A model generated the notes under the pieces. That model was not told the DNA's origin. It worked only from the letters and a program-made list of their open reading frames with translations, and ran no database searches. Positions 36,297 through 45,181 of a stretch of 46,554 bases of DNA are shown here, piece by piece. The translations under genes and the position numbers were made by a program. Each line of letters starts with the position of its first letter. Within the stretch, counting starts at the first letter, position 1. The DNA is from a virus (lineage: Duplodnaviria; Caudoviricetes), in IMG/VR virus record IMGVR_UViG_3300020045_006090, positions 1-46,554 of that record; one strand, 5' to 3'.

Positions 36297-37194
36297 CGGA
36301 ATTGGCACCGCTTTGATCCCCTTCATCAAATCTTACTATTGGTCGCATTGTACAACGGCAATTGATGGCTTGCCCCGGAATTCCTGTCTCCCCGGTATCT
36401 AAATCTATCACAGGCGGGTCGTCGAAACGATAAATATTTCCTGACATTGAAATATGCAACGGTCGGGGATGCTGCCCGCCGCCTGAATGGATCCACTCGT
36501 ATTCCTGAACCCCGATTGCTTCCATCCGGCCCTTGTTTAAATTCGAATAAGCTTTCCGGGTCTGATCGAGCGCAATGTTAGTGGCACGGCGGCTGGTGAC
36601 TCCCTGATATTTATCAAGGAAAGGAATTAAATCTTCGAGGCCATTTCCTGTCGTTATCGATCTCATGACCGCGCCTTCAACTTGGGCCATGTAATTTTGC
36701 GGGATGGATTTTATAAGCGATACATTTTCCTGAACCGATGCGGATAGAATTTGTTTCATCGGTGCGGTGATTGCTTTTGTGTTTAAACTTAAACCGCCGG
36801 ACAATTGCTTTAGCGAAGCGCCGAGGTTTGTTGCACTCGATCTATCAGCATCACTTATCATTCCACGCGCAAGGCCATTTGCTTTGCTATTAAAAAGCTG
36901 ATCGAAGCGTGATTTTAATTTATCGATTACCTTTTTTGCATCTGCTGATACAGCGGCATCTTGCGAAAAGAATTTTTCAGCCGATTGGGTTTCAAATATT
37001 TTAGCCAATTCTTTTTTTGCTTCACGCGACATTTGCCGCACAAGCTTTTTAATGGCGTTCGAATACCGGACTTCAATCGCGGCGTTGTAATTAAGCGGCG
37101 TCCCTTTGATCGCTTTGCCGGGGCGGGCTTTCGCCCACTTTTCCCGATTTGGCTTAAGCGGCGGCTTCTTCGTCGTCTTTTGGTTCGTCGCCAT
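36286..37194 (-). CDS. Minor head protein (Mu gpF / SPP1 gp7 family)
   Basis: ENVSLIKSIP, IALDQTRK, YEWIHSGG...RPLH, PGQAINCRC. Confidence 0.92.
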   Translation of the reverse strand: MATNQKTTKKPPLKPNREKWAKARPGKAIKGTPLNYNAAIEVRYSNAIKKLVRQMSREAKKELAKIFETQSAEKFFSQDAAVSADAKKVIDKLKSRFDQLFNSKANGLARGMISDADRSSATNLGASLKQLSGGLSLNTKAITAPMKQILSASVQENVSLIKSIPQNYMAQVEGAVMRSITTGNGLEDLIPFLDKYQGVTSRRATNIALDQTRKAYSNLNKGRMEAIGVQEYEWIHSGGGQHPRPLHISMSGNIYRFDDPPVIDLDTGETGIPGQAINCRCTMRPIVRFDEGDQSGANSGDQ

Positions 37195-38695
37195 TTAATT
37201 CTTCATCCTCTAGATTTTCATCAATCAAATCATCTTCGTCCATTTCGGGCAAATTTGCGTAGCCGCTTTCGGGATCACGGCGCAAGCGCTCCCGTTCTTC
37301 GTATGCGTTGATGGCACCTGAATTGATAAGCGTTTGTCCGGTCGTCGCGTTTGTAGAATTGATTGTCGCCCGTTCTTGAGCTGATGGTTTCTTAAGCGGG
37401 TTCCAAACAACTTCGGTTTCAAAAGGAGCTTTAGGCGATACCTCTGATCTGATCAGCATCATGTGATGTCGATTAAGCAAAGGCGTCATATCGTTAGCTT
37501 GAATTGTTTCCAGTTCCTGATTGTAGGAATCGATTTCAAATTCGCCCGATGCGTTGAAACCTTTAGGGCTTGTGCCTAATAATTTTGTAGCCGGTACGCC
37601 CGCGACGCCACAGACAATTTGATATTGCGTCATGATAACCGCATCAAGATCAGCAAGGCTTGTATCGAATTGCTGAATTGTTTCATCGCCGCCGACAATC
37701 TTGACGCCATAGTTATCGCGGAAATAAGCCCAATTCATAATTTTTTCTACAAAGCTTTTTCCTCTCAACATCGCTTTTTCGACATCAAGCGAAAGAACGG
37801 TCAAGCGTTTTGTCATGGCGAGCATTGGCGCTTCATTCGTTGTGCGCTCGGCACCATAGACGCGCTCGTAAATCTTTTGCGGAATCGAAAGACCGCCAAA
37901 ATTATATGATGGCTTAAGATTATCTGCGACCGGATCAGGGATAGAAATTATCAAGTGCGATTTGTGATATCTCTTTCCGCCGATGTTCCAATATGTCGGG
38001 ACATAAAAATCAATCGATGCCGGGTCGCTCGTAGATTCCGCCGTAAGCTCCGGTACGCACCACATCGGGTCTATCTGTGAAATGCCTTTATAAGATCCTG
38101 GCGTAATGCCATCGGGATTAAAAGGCTTCTCGTAATAAAGGGGATCTTTGCTTTCTACACGGAACAAGGTAACGCGCAATCCGAAAACTCGGCTCATGCG
38201 GACATATTCGACTAAGTTTTCACGGACCTTGAATTTCTTATCTAGCTTTTTTATTAGATCGAAAGTTTCTGCAGGGACATTTTTACCGTCGGTCACATTG
38301 ATTTCATATCCGACGCGAACAGCATCGCGGGCGGGCATCGTACAAGCTTTATTGACAAGCCAATGCTGCGCGATCATGGCGGATATTTGATAGCCGATGA
38401 AGCCTTGCCCCGCATACCATTCGATCTGAGCATCAGGCAAAGTATTTCTAAAATGATTTAAGGCTGATTTTGCGCTCCTTGATGGATCACCGTTAGCGGC
38501 ATCAAATACAATCGCGCTGTCCATCGTATGACCTTTTGCGGTCGGCATTGGGACTTGAAAGCTTCTTTTCATCGAGGCGTGAAGCTGATCAATGCGCTCC
38601 GGGCCTGATCGATTATAAACATCGGTCGTAAAAAAGCCGCCGGGCTTGCGGGCGGGCTTTGGAGTTGCAGGCTTTTTGCCGAATATATTAATCAT
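37154..38695 (-). CDS. Portal protein (DUF1073)
   Basis: QHWLVNKACTMPARDA, GVPATKLLGTSPKGFNASGE; follows TerL. Confidence 0.92.
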   Translation of the reverse strand: MINIFGKKPATPKPARKPGGFFTTDVYNRSGPERIDQLHASMKRSFQVPMPTAKGHTMDSAIVFDAANGDPSRSAKSALNHFRNTLPDAQIEWYAGQGFIGYQISAMIAQHWLVNKACTMPARDAVRVGYEINVTDGKNVPAETFDLIKKLDKKFKVRENLVEYVRMSRVFGLRVTLFRVESKDPLYYEKPFNPDGITPGSYKGISQIDPMWCVPELTAESTSDPASIDFYVPTYWNIGGKRYHKSHLIISIPDPVADNLKPSYNFGGLSIPQKIYERVYGAERTTNEAPMLAMTKRLTVLSLDVEKAMLRGKSFVEKIMNWAYFRDNYGVKIVGGDETIQQFDTSLADLDAVIMTQYQIVCGVAGVPATKLLGTSPKGFNASGEFEIDSYNQELETIQANDMTPLLNRHHMMLIRSEVSPKAPFETEVVWNPLKKPSAQERATINSTNATTGQTLINSGAINAYEERERLRRDPESGYANLPEMDEDDLIDENLEDEELNGDEPKDDEEAAA

Positions 38696-40013
38696 CGAAA
38701 AATCCCTTTTTCTTGCGTTTGATGAAACTTGCAAGCGCGTAACGGATAGCGTCCCACCCGTGGTTGAATTTATCTACGATATCAGGCGTCACCTTTTTTG
38801 TCACTCTATCGATTTTGTAGGAATAGAGGCGGGCCTCGGCTTGCATTTCCGAACAACGGGTATGGATATAGATTTTGACAAAGGATTTAAGAACGGTAAT
38901 TCCATCCTCGACAGATCCCGGCCATTTTTCAGCCGCATCAATATCGAAGCCTTGCTTGCTTACATGGCTGATTGTTTCCGGGCGCGAACTGTCGGCCTGA
39001 ATGTTATATTTATCGGCATCGGGAACACCGTCCCATGTTCGGCCCTCGCCATCTTTCCCGCCTGAATAAAAGAATTTATAATCATCAAGTTCGACCTTTT
39101 GACCGAATTCAGCATATTCGACATAAAGGTTTTTCTTTGCGACCGTTATATCTCGATCAGGCTCAAGCACCTCAATCCATAATTTAACAAGGGTCGACGG
39201 ATCGAGGGAAAAGCCCCAATCGGCTCCAAAGTATGGACCCTCCCAATGCGGCTGCGGGTCGAATGTTTTGATTTCGTATTTCCCAGCGAATATGATGGCG
39301 TCTGCAATTCCGGTCGCGTGACCCATGTATTCATGATCGTAAGCAAGCGGGTTATTTTCTTTAAGCCATTGCGCTTCGTTGATAAATTCTTCGCCTAACC
39401 AATCGGGCGGAACATCGAGATATGTAGATTCATGCAAATATTTACCGGGCTTTATAATTTCAGCTTCGGCATTGACCCATGCTTGCGGATCTATAGGCGG
39501 GTTGTAGCTGAAGAATTCGACAAAGCTTTCACCGCCGCGCTTTACGGATTGGCCTACCGAGCGCAATTCCTCCGGGCCACCGAATTCCGCCGTTTCTTCA
39601 TACCATGAATATTTGAAATATCCGCGCTTAAGCCTGATGGATTTTAATTTTAGCGGGCTGTCTAAACCTTTGAATACGATTTTCTGCCCGGTCGGTTTAT
39701 AGACAATCGATGCGGGGCTTACGGTCGACCTGAATAAATGCCCGACCTCTAATTTTTCAATCGCCCACTCAAGCGTTGTCAAAACAGAATCGCGGATCGT
39801 ATCGCCGACCTTTCTGAATACGATGGCGTTGGCGTTTGGATCCTTCATCATGCCGAGAATAATCTCGATGGCTACGAATGATGATTTCGTAGATCCCCGA
39901 CCGCCCTTTAGCCAAAAGGACGAATGCGTTTGGTTCTTGATGGCATTGTGAACTTTATGAAAGGCCGGGGCGATATTGTCGGTAAGCCGGACCCTTACAG
40001 GCGCTTCGATCAT
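38688..40013 (-). CDS. terL: Terminase large subunit (PBSX family)
   Basis: LKGGRGSTKS Walker A, WYEE Walker B, SYNPP, GADWGFSLDP, NHGWDAIRY. Confidence 0.96.
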   Translation of the reverse strand: MIEAPVRVRLTDNIAPAFHKVHNAIKNQTHSSFWLKGGRGSTKSSFVAIEIILGMMKDPNANAIVFRKVGDTIRDSVLTTLEWAIEKLEVGHLFRSTVSPASIVYKPTGQKIVFKGLDSPLKLKSIRLKRGYFKYSWYEETAEFGGPEELRSVGQSVKRGGESFVEFFSYNPPIDPQAWVNAEAEIIKPGKYLHESTYLDVPPDWLGEEFINEAQWLKENNPLAYDHEYMGHATGIADAIIFAGKYEIKTFDPQPHWEGPYFGADWGFSLDPSTLVKLWIEVLEPDRDITVAKKNLYVEYAEFGQKVELDDYKFFYSGGKDGEGRTWDGVPDADKYNIQADSSRPETISHVSKQGFDIDAAEKWPGSVEDGITVLKSFVKIYIHTRCSEMQAEARLYSYKIDRVTKKVTPDIVDKFNHGWDAIRYALASFIKRKKKGFFDD

Positions 40014-40465
40014 TCATCAATCGTTTCTTCGTCGTCGCCTTCATCGCCATTCGGATCGTCGTCCGGGATATCATCATCAGGAATGTCGTCAAATATCTGA
40101 ACAGGGACAGCCGGGAAGCCGCCAGGAAATTCGTGCTTTTCCGCATTCTTGCCGAAATATCCATCAGCGATGAATTGTGCCGCCGCCGTATTACCTTGAG
40201 CAGCTTTGACCGCTTGGCCTAAAATTACTTTATCGATCACGCGCTGTTTACCACCGATGTTGAACGGCATATCCTCGGTAATGATCGCACCGCCATCAGG
40301 ATTGACCTTTGAATAAATTGCTTCGACGATGCGGGCAAATTCATTTTGACGATTTGGCCCTGTGCGGCCTTGCGGATTTCCTGATTGACCGGGTTGCCAC
40401 ATCTTGCGGTGTTTATCCAATGCGGCGCGTTGAGCTTCGTTAGGTGGTTCGCCTTTTTTCGGCAT
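40010..40465 (-). CDS. terS: Terminase small subunit (DUF5681-like)
   Basis: WQPGQSGNPQGR; KAAQGNTAAA; directly upstream of TerL. Confidence 0.78.
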   Translation of the reverse strand: MPKKGEPPNEAQRAALDKHRKMWQPGQSGNPQGRTGPNRQNEFARIVEAIYSKVNPDGGAIITEDMPFNIGGKQRVIDKVILGQAVKAAQGNTAAAQFIADGYFGKNAEKHEFPGGFPAVPVQIFDDIPDDDIPDDDPNGDEGDDEETIDE

Positions 40466-40477
40466 AGCAATTCTCCA

Positions 40478-41191
40478 TCAGTTTAAGGCCGGGCCTGTTA
40501 CGTTCCAGAATAACACATTGCCACCACCTTTGTGCAAGCGGCAAATATCCCAAGCTTTAGCGTCGTAATGAGGATCTGATGGAAATGGTTGTGAATGTTC
40601 GGCGCGATAAAGTGGCTGGCTAAATTTTAAAGGGCTGATATGAATTTCCGCGCCATCTACATCAGCCTTGGAAAGAGTTCGCCCGATTTGCACAGCGTGG
40701 CGTTTCGCATGTGGAAAAGCTTTACCGAGCGCGCGGATTAAAACGCCTGAACCGGCTGCACACCAAATTTCATCGGGTTCGACATCGATCTGTCTTGCTG
40801 CATTGGCGATGATATCCAAAGCCTCGGGGACGTCCATGCCGAAAGGGGCAAGCTTCGCGCCTGTATCATCGCAATATTTCTTTGCCCGCGCCTGGCATAC
40901 GGTCATGTAGCCGGGCGATACCTGATAGATTTTCGCGCCAAGGCTTCGGGCCATAATTGCGCGGTCGTGGGGCTTGGCACGTTTGGCGATGAATATGGTC
41001 GCTTTCTTGCCCGCTTGTTGAGCGCAATGTGCAAGGGCTGTCTGTGCGCCACCTTCGGGCGGGGATGCGTAGACAATTTCATCGTGATTTTCGAAAAGGA
41101 TATTCAGGAAGCGGGCTTTGGTACCGCCGGGGAAAAGATCGTCGCGGACGACATGGACGCCTTTATGGATTTCGACGATAGGCTTAATCAT
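40478..41191 (-). CDS. Fold-type II PLP-dependent enzyme (ACC deaminase / D-cysteine desulfhydrase-like)
   Basis: VVRDDL...GGTKAR Schiff-base lysine; IWCAAGSG phosphate loop; DPHYDAKAW; VLFWNV. Confidence 0.85.
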   Translation of the reverse strand: MIKPIVEIHKGVHVVRDDLFPGGTKARFLNILFENHDEIVYASPPEGGAQTALAHCAQQAGKKATIFIAKRAKPHDRAIMARSLGAKIYQVSPGYMTVCQARAKKYCDDTGAKLAPFGMDVPEALDIIANAARQIDVEPDEIWCAAGSGVLIRALGKAFPHAKRHAVQIGRTLSKADVDGAEIHISPLKFSQPLYRAEHSQPFPSDPHYDAKAWDICRLHKGGGNVLFWNVTGPALN

Positions 41192-41282
41192 AAATTATCA
41201 AACCGAAAAAAGCGACAACGTTGCCTACGCGCTCATAAATCCTTTTATTAAAAAATCTAAGGCTTTCAACCTGATCAACTCG

Positions 41283-41310
41283 ATTATAAGTTAAGCCGCA
41301 AAATTGCCAG
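41283..41310 (-). promoter_or_regulatory. Possible promoter for the PLP-enzyme/terminase late operon
   Basis: CTGGCA-N16-TATAAT in the 148-bp intergenic gap. Confidence 0.4.
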
Positions 41311-41339
41311 CTTTTATAAATAATCATTTCCAACCTCCA

Positions 41340-42764
41340 TTAGGCCATTTCCTCCCCGTATTCGCTTGCGGGCTTTTCGGCATCATCAGCGATATATATT
41401 TCAACATCGCCGCATGCTTCCGCCGCTTTCTTTCCATCGCCTTTGACGAAGATCAAAACATTCTGGTGAGTTTTTCCAAGCTTTCTAGACGATGAAAATT
41501 GTTTTCCGGCGCGGATAGGTAGCGACCCGGCTGATGTGATAAGGATGGCCTCATTGTAGAATTCGAGCCCGGCATCGCGGAAAGCTTGGACCGTATCGCC
41601 GACGAAATCATAATAGTTGCCTTGCTTATCACGAACCTCGCCGACAACAAAAGCAGCAAAGCGATTATCGCGCAACAGGCTGCAAGATTTTTTGATAATT
41701 TCGAAATAAGCGTTTTTGAACTCGGGATATGAAAGCGTGGAAAGGTCTTGTGGATCATCGGAATAAACTTCTAAATCAGCATAGGGTGGACAGGAAAATA
41801 CAAAATCGAATTCGCGGGATTGGACGTGATCGATAATATCTCGGGAATCCCCGACAATCCATTCAGGTGCAATTTCAAAATTGATTTCTTTAGCCTGGGA
41901 GGAATTTGCTTCGACCTGTTCGGCGCGTAAATCGACGCCTGTATATTTGCGACCAAGGAAAGCCGCTACCATGCCGCGCACAGATCCGCCCGCAAAGGGG
42001 TCGAGTATTGAACCGCCCGGCGGACAAAACCAGCTGTAATTTAATTCGCAAAGAACCGGGTCAAATATCGATGTGCCTGTTCCGGTAGGACCGTCGCCCG
42101 CTAATCCGGTGAGCCCTTTGGATTTTACCCAATCAGTTGTATTCGTTGCCTTGGCAAGATTTTTCTTTTTGTAGCCTTTATTCGCCTGTTCGGAAAACTT
42201 GAGCAAATTTTCGCCCCGGCCTAATTCGGATTGAATGCCTTTCGATATCCAAGCGCGTTTGCGAGATTGCCACCAGCCATCGCGGGCATTCAGGACGGAA
42301 AACGGCGCGACAAGGAATTTTTCGACAAGCGATCCCGCCTTGCCTGTAACCTGCATTTTTTCCTCAGGCTTTAAAAAGCTGTCGATATCAGCTGCCGCAA
42401 ATCCTGTCAGATCCATATCGAAATTCATATCGCTCAAGCCTTGAAGCTCGATCTTAAGCATATCCATGTCCCAACCGGACTTCAGGGCGATTTGGTTATC
42501 AGCAAGCATGTAGGCCCGCTTTTCTTCCGGCGTCAGGTGGTCGGCTAATATCGCCGGGACCATTTCCATTTCTAATTGCCTTGCAGCCTCAATCCGACCA
42601 TGCCCGGCAATCAGGACGCCATCGGCATCGATTATGACCGGATTTAGAAAACCAAATTTCTTGATCGATTTGACAATCAGGGCGATTTGGTCGGCTGGAT
42701 GCGTCCTAGCATTTTTCGGGTTGGCTGTAATTTCGTTGATAGATTTTAGCAAAAACTTGTCCAC
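41340..42764 (-). CDS. ParB/Srx N-terminal domain fused to DNA methyltransferase-like SAM-dependent transferase
   Basis: NPKNARTH...SIKKFGFLNPV...IAGHGR (ParB); SIFDPVLCE; ILDPFAGGSVRG (motif I); FSCPPY (motif IV). Confidence 0.88.
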   Translation of the reverse strand: MDKFLLKSINEITANPKNARTHPADQIALIVKSIKKFGFLNPVIIDADGVLIAGHGRIEAARQLEMEMVPAILADHLTPEEKRAYMLADNQIALKSGWDMDMLKIELQGLSDMNFDMDLTGFAAADIDSFLKPEEKMQVTGKAGSLVEKFLVAPFSVLNARDGWWQSRKRAWISKGIQSELGRGENLLKFSEQANKGYKKKNLAKATNTTDWVKSKGLTGLAGDGPTGTGTSIFDPVLCELNYSWFCPPGGSILDPFAGGSVRGMVAAFLGRKYTGVDLRAEQVEANSSQAKEINFEIAPEWIVGDSRDIIDHVQSREFDFVFSCPPYADLEVYSDDPQDLSTLSYPEFKNAYFEIIKKSCSLLRDNRFAAFVVGEVRDKQGNYYDFVGDTVQAFRDAGLEFYNEAILITSAGSLPIRAGKQFSSSRKLGKTHQNVLIFVKGDGKKAAEACGDVEIYIADDAEKPASEYGEEMA

Positions 42765-42829
42765 TACGATGTCCTTTGTTGATTATCCAAAATAAGCTTA
42801 TTCGTTTCAGAATTGCAAGGGTGATGATT

Positions 42830-43021
42830 TTAGGCTGTTTTGCTCCCGTCAATAAATTTGACAGATTGATATTTGCCGTTTGTTTCCATCAGCTTAAGCG
42901 ATCTTTGGTGAAAGCTTTCGGCTGCTGGCTTTGATGCAAAGGCGAAGGAATGCTCGGTTAGATCATCAGCATGGACGACATTGACCCTGTGGATTATGCC
43001 CGCTTGAAATTTATTCGCCAT
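42830..43021 (-). CDS. Hypothetical protein (63 aa)
   Basis: GGAGG RBS; TAATG coupling at MANKFQ. Confidence 0.6.
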   Translation of the reverse strand: MANKFQAGIIHRVNVVHADDLTEHSFAFASKPAAESFHQRSLKLMETNGKYQSVKFIDGSKTA

Positions 43022-43590
43022 TAGAAAACCTCCTGACTTGGGACGTGCTGAAGCCTGAAATTCTCGGGAAAACCGCAATGTCCTACGAGATATTTGGCGT
43101 AATCCGCCCGCTTTGGTCCAAGATTTGCCATGTGGGTTGTTAGCATATCCCAAAGGTTAAGATCTTGCGTGATTTCCGAATAGTGCATATTGGCCCAAGG
43201 GACGGGCTCGACCTCGATGCGGGGAGCCGGCAGATTTTTGACGTTTGATTTTAATGCCAGGCGTTCTTCCCGTCGAATTTCAATTTCGATACAGAGGTTT
43301 CGGATATTTGCAGGGGTGGGGATTTCCTCTTTAGTTTTAAGCCATTCTGTAAATGCGGACTGAATGTCGCCTGAAGAGCAATCATCGAGAACAAGGCAAA
43401 AAGCTTTTACGGCTGTTTCAAGATTTTCGGGCTCTTTGCCAAAGGTTTTTTGTAATTCATAGCATTGCTGCAGAAAGGCGGCTATTTGAGCTGCTCGAAT
43501 TTTATCAGTCTTCGAAACTTTCGAGTGCCCGCTTGATGGCTGCATCAGCTCTTTCGGATTTTGTGGGCCTTGTATTGGATTGAGGGACAT
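43021..43590 (-). CDS. Putative helicase loader / replication protein P-like
   Basis: LDDCSSGDIQSAFTEWLKTKEEIPTPANIR motif; directly after the initiator. Confidence 0.6.
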   Translation of the reverse strand: MSLNPIQGPQNPKELMQPSSGHSKVSKTDKIRAAQIAAFLQQCYELQKTFGKEPENLETAVKAFCLVLDDCSSGDIQSAFTEWLKTKEEIPTPANIRNLCIEIEIRREERLALKSNVKNLPAPRIEVEPVPWANMHYSEITQDLNLWDMLTTHMANLGPKRADYAKYLVGHCGFPENFRLQHVPSQEVF

Positions 43591-44398
43591 TCGGTTTTCC
43601 TTCCGGGGTTGGTGAATTATTGAAAGCGTGGGCGTCGGCTATCGCCGCCTCGAAATATTTAAGATTTTTAGGGGTCTTTCCTGATGCGATGATGCGTTTG
43701 ACGGTCGGGATGATATCTCGATCAGGATGCCACCCTGATTTTAGCCACATTTCAATTCTGGAATAATCCCCGAACCAATTTGGATTTTGGTCCCAGCCTG
43801 TGATTTTGGCGATTTCTTGTCCGATATCGACATGATGCCTTTTTTGGCCCGCGCCTAGAGCAGCAGCTTCTTTCTTTCTAGCTTCTGGAATATGGCTTCT
43901 GGCTTCTGGGAACCTAGTAAGGTTATCCCAAGGCTGAATTTCGCTTTCATTTCCGTGGGTTATCGGCAACTCTAAGTCCGATTTATCTTCGATTTTGCTT
44001 CGATTTATCTCTGATTTATCTTTCTTTTTCAATTCGGGATTGCCGCCTTTGCCGCCGTTGGACCGGGATATTTCGGCCTTCTTTTCGGCCTTGACCATGC
44101 GTCGGGAATAAATTACGCCCCGGCGATCTCTGGAAAATACGTTGTGGCTTTCAAGCTCAAAAAGGCAATCGCGGATCTTTTGCGGCGTGGCCTTGGAAAT
44201 CAATTCGACAAGTTCATCCTCGGTAAATGGCCTCCCGGCTTTGACAAGAAAGCCGCGCTGCTCGGTGCCGTGCATGATGTGCAATAATTCAAGCCAAAGA
44301 TATCGGGCTTCCCAGCTACAAAATTTAAGCTCGTCTGATGATTTCCAATCAGAGGGAAACCATTTTATGAAGGGGAGCTTATCGGATGGCTTTGGCAT
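43505..44398 (-). CDS. Phage replication initiator protein
   Basis: FIKWFPSDWKSS...CSWEARYLWLELL...IYSRRMV...GGKGGNP winged-helix N-terminus; DnaD-like C-terminus (LKYFEAAI). Confidence 0.78.
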   Translation of the reverse strand: MPKPSDKLPFIKWFPSDWKSSDELKFCSWEARYLWLELLHIMHGTEQRGFLVKAGRPFTEDELVELISKATPQKIRDCLFELESHNVFSRDRRGVIYSRRMVKAEKKAEISRSNGGKGGNPELKKKDKSEINRSKIEDKSDLELPITHGNESEIQPWDNLTRFPEARSHIPEARKKEAAALGAGQKRHHVDIGQEIAKITGWDQNPNWFGDYSRIEMWLKSGWHPDRDIIPTVKRIIASGKTPKNLKYFEAAIADAHAFNNSPTPEGKPNVPQSNTRPTKSERADAAIKRALESFED

Positions 44399-44703
44399 CA
44401 GGCTGATTGTTCCGATTTGTTCTTATTGGTCAAATCGAATTGGACCCAATATTCGGTAAGGGTCTGATATGAATATTCAGCCAAAAATTCAGGTTCTACG
44501 ATATTTTGCTGTTTTTCGAAAAATATCTTAAATTCAAGCGCATCAGCCAGATTATTGAAAAAAGCCTCGGCGACGACGAAATCAAAGGTAAACCATGAAA
44601 TTCGGATCCTGGCTTGATTGGAGCGCTCGATTCGGGGCTTTGAATATTTCAGATAAGGGTGGGTCGGATATAGAACAATCATGATTTTTCCTATGCTTCC
44701 CAT
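44398..44703 (-). CDS. Hypothetical protein
   Basis: TGATG coupling to the initiator; start uncertain (44703 or 44682). Confidence 0.5.
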   Translation of the reverse strand: MGSIGKIMIVLYPTHPYLKYSKPRIERSNQARIRISWFTFDFVVAEAFFNNLADALEFKIFFEKQQNIVEPEFLAEYSYQTLTEYWVQFDLTNKNKSEQSA

Positions 44704-44771
44704 GAAAAAAAGAAAATAGCCGCCCCGCCATAGGAAACGGGCAAGCCGGAGCAACCCGGACGGCATGGCCC

Positions 44772-44878
44772 ACGATAAGCGCAAATCGGCGAATATTGCA
44801 ACTCCCTTAATAATTAAGAAATTATCTGAAAAAAGATGAATAAAGGAGTTGGAGCGTTATCTTTTTTTGGCTAACGTC
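44772..44878. promoter_or_regulatory. Second divergent promoter pair
   Basis: Rightward TTGGAG-N17-TAACGT (44849..44877); leftward TTGCAA-N18-TATCGT; CAACTCC...GGAGTTG inverted repeat. Confidence 0.6.
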
Positions 44879-44926
44879 GGACCAAGCTGAGAAATCAGCG
44901 AACAAGCGACAAAGGAAAAATATAGA

Positions 44927-45106
44927 ATGTTTGCAATTTTAGGCACAGATCCCCGCGATAAAAACGAGCTTTTAATTCCGGCTCTTTATGCAACGACTGA
45001 TGATGCTCAATTTCGAATTGATAAGCTGAATGCGGTCAAAGAAAAATTCCCTGCAAAAGATCATTACGAATACGAAATCGTAGAAATCAAAAAACTTTCC
45101 GCCTGA
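44927..45106 (+). CDS. Small early hypothetical protein (59 aa)
   Basis: Read manually: MFAILGTDPRDKNELLIPALY...; AAGGA RBS. Confidence 0.55.
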   Translation: MFAILGTDPRDKNELLIPALYATTDDAQFRIDKLNAVKEKFPAKDHYEYEIVEIKKLSA

Positions 45107-45181
45107 TAATATCGCAGGGGGCCGGGCCATCCGGCTTCCGACGATGCAATCAAGCATCAATCCAAGCGACGGAGCTAAAAA

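Noticed and set aside
37154-38695. Anti-CBASS Acb1 label often attached to DUF1073 proteins
   Set aside because: Position after TerL, size and motifs indicate the portal; I see no HxT phosphoesterase domain.
40478-41191. Auxiliary metabolic gene (plant-growth ACC deaminase)
   Set aside because: It is much shorter than true ACC deaminases and sits in a ParB-MTase/terminase context, so a DNA-related role is more plausible. Neither role is tested.
14076-42444. Numerous + strand ORFs antisense to the late genes
   Set aside because: They are shadow frames of well-supported minus-strand genes, with no recognisable motifs.
41340-42764. ParB as evidence of plasmid-prophage partitioning
   Set aside because: Only the ParB/Srx N-domain is present, fused to an MTase. 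There is no ParA or HTH.
44807-44818. CtrA box (TTAA-N7-TTAA)
   Set aside because: The TTAA half-sites are only 3 nt apart.
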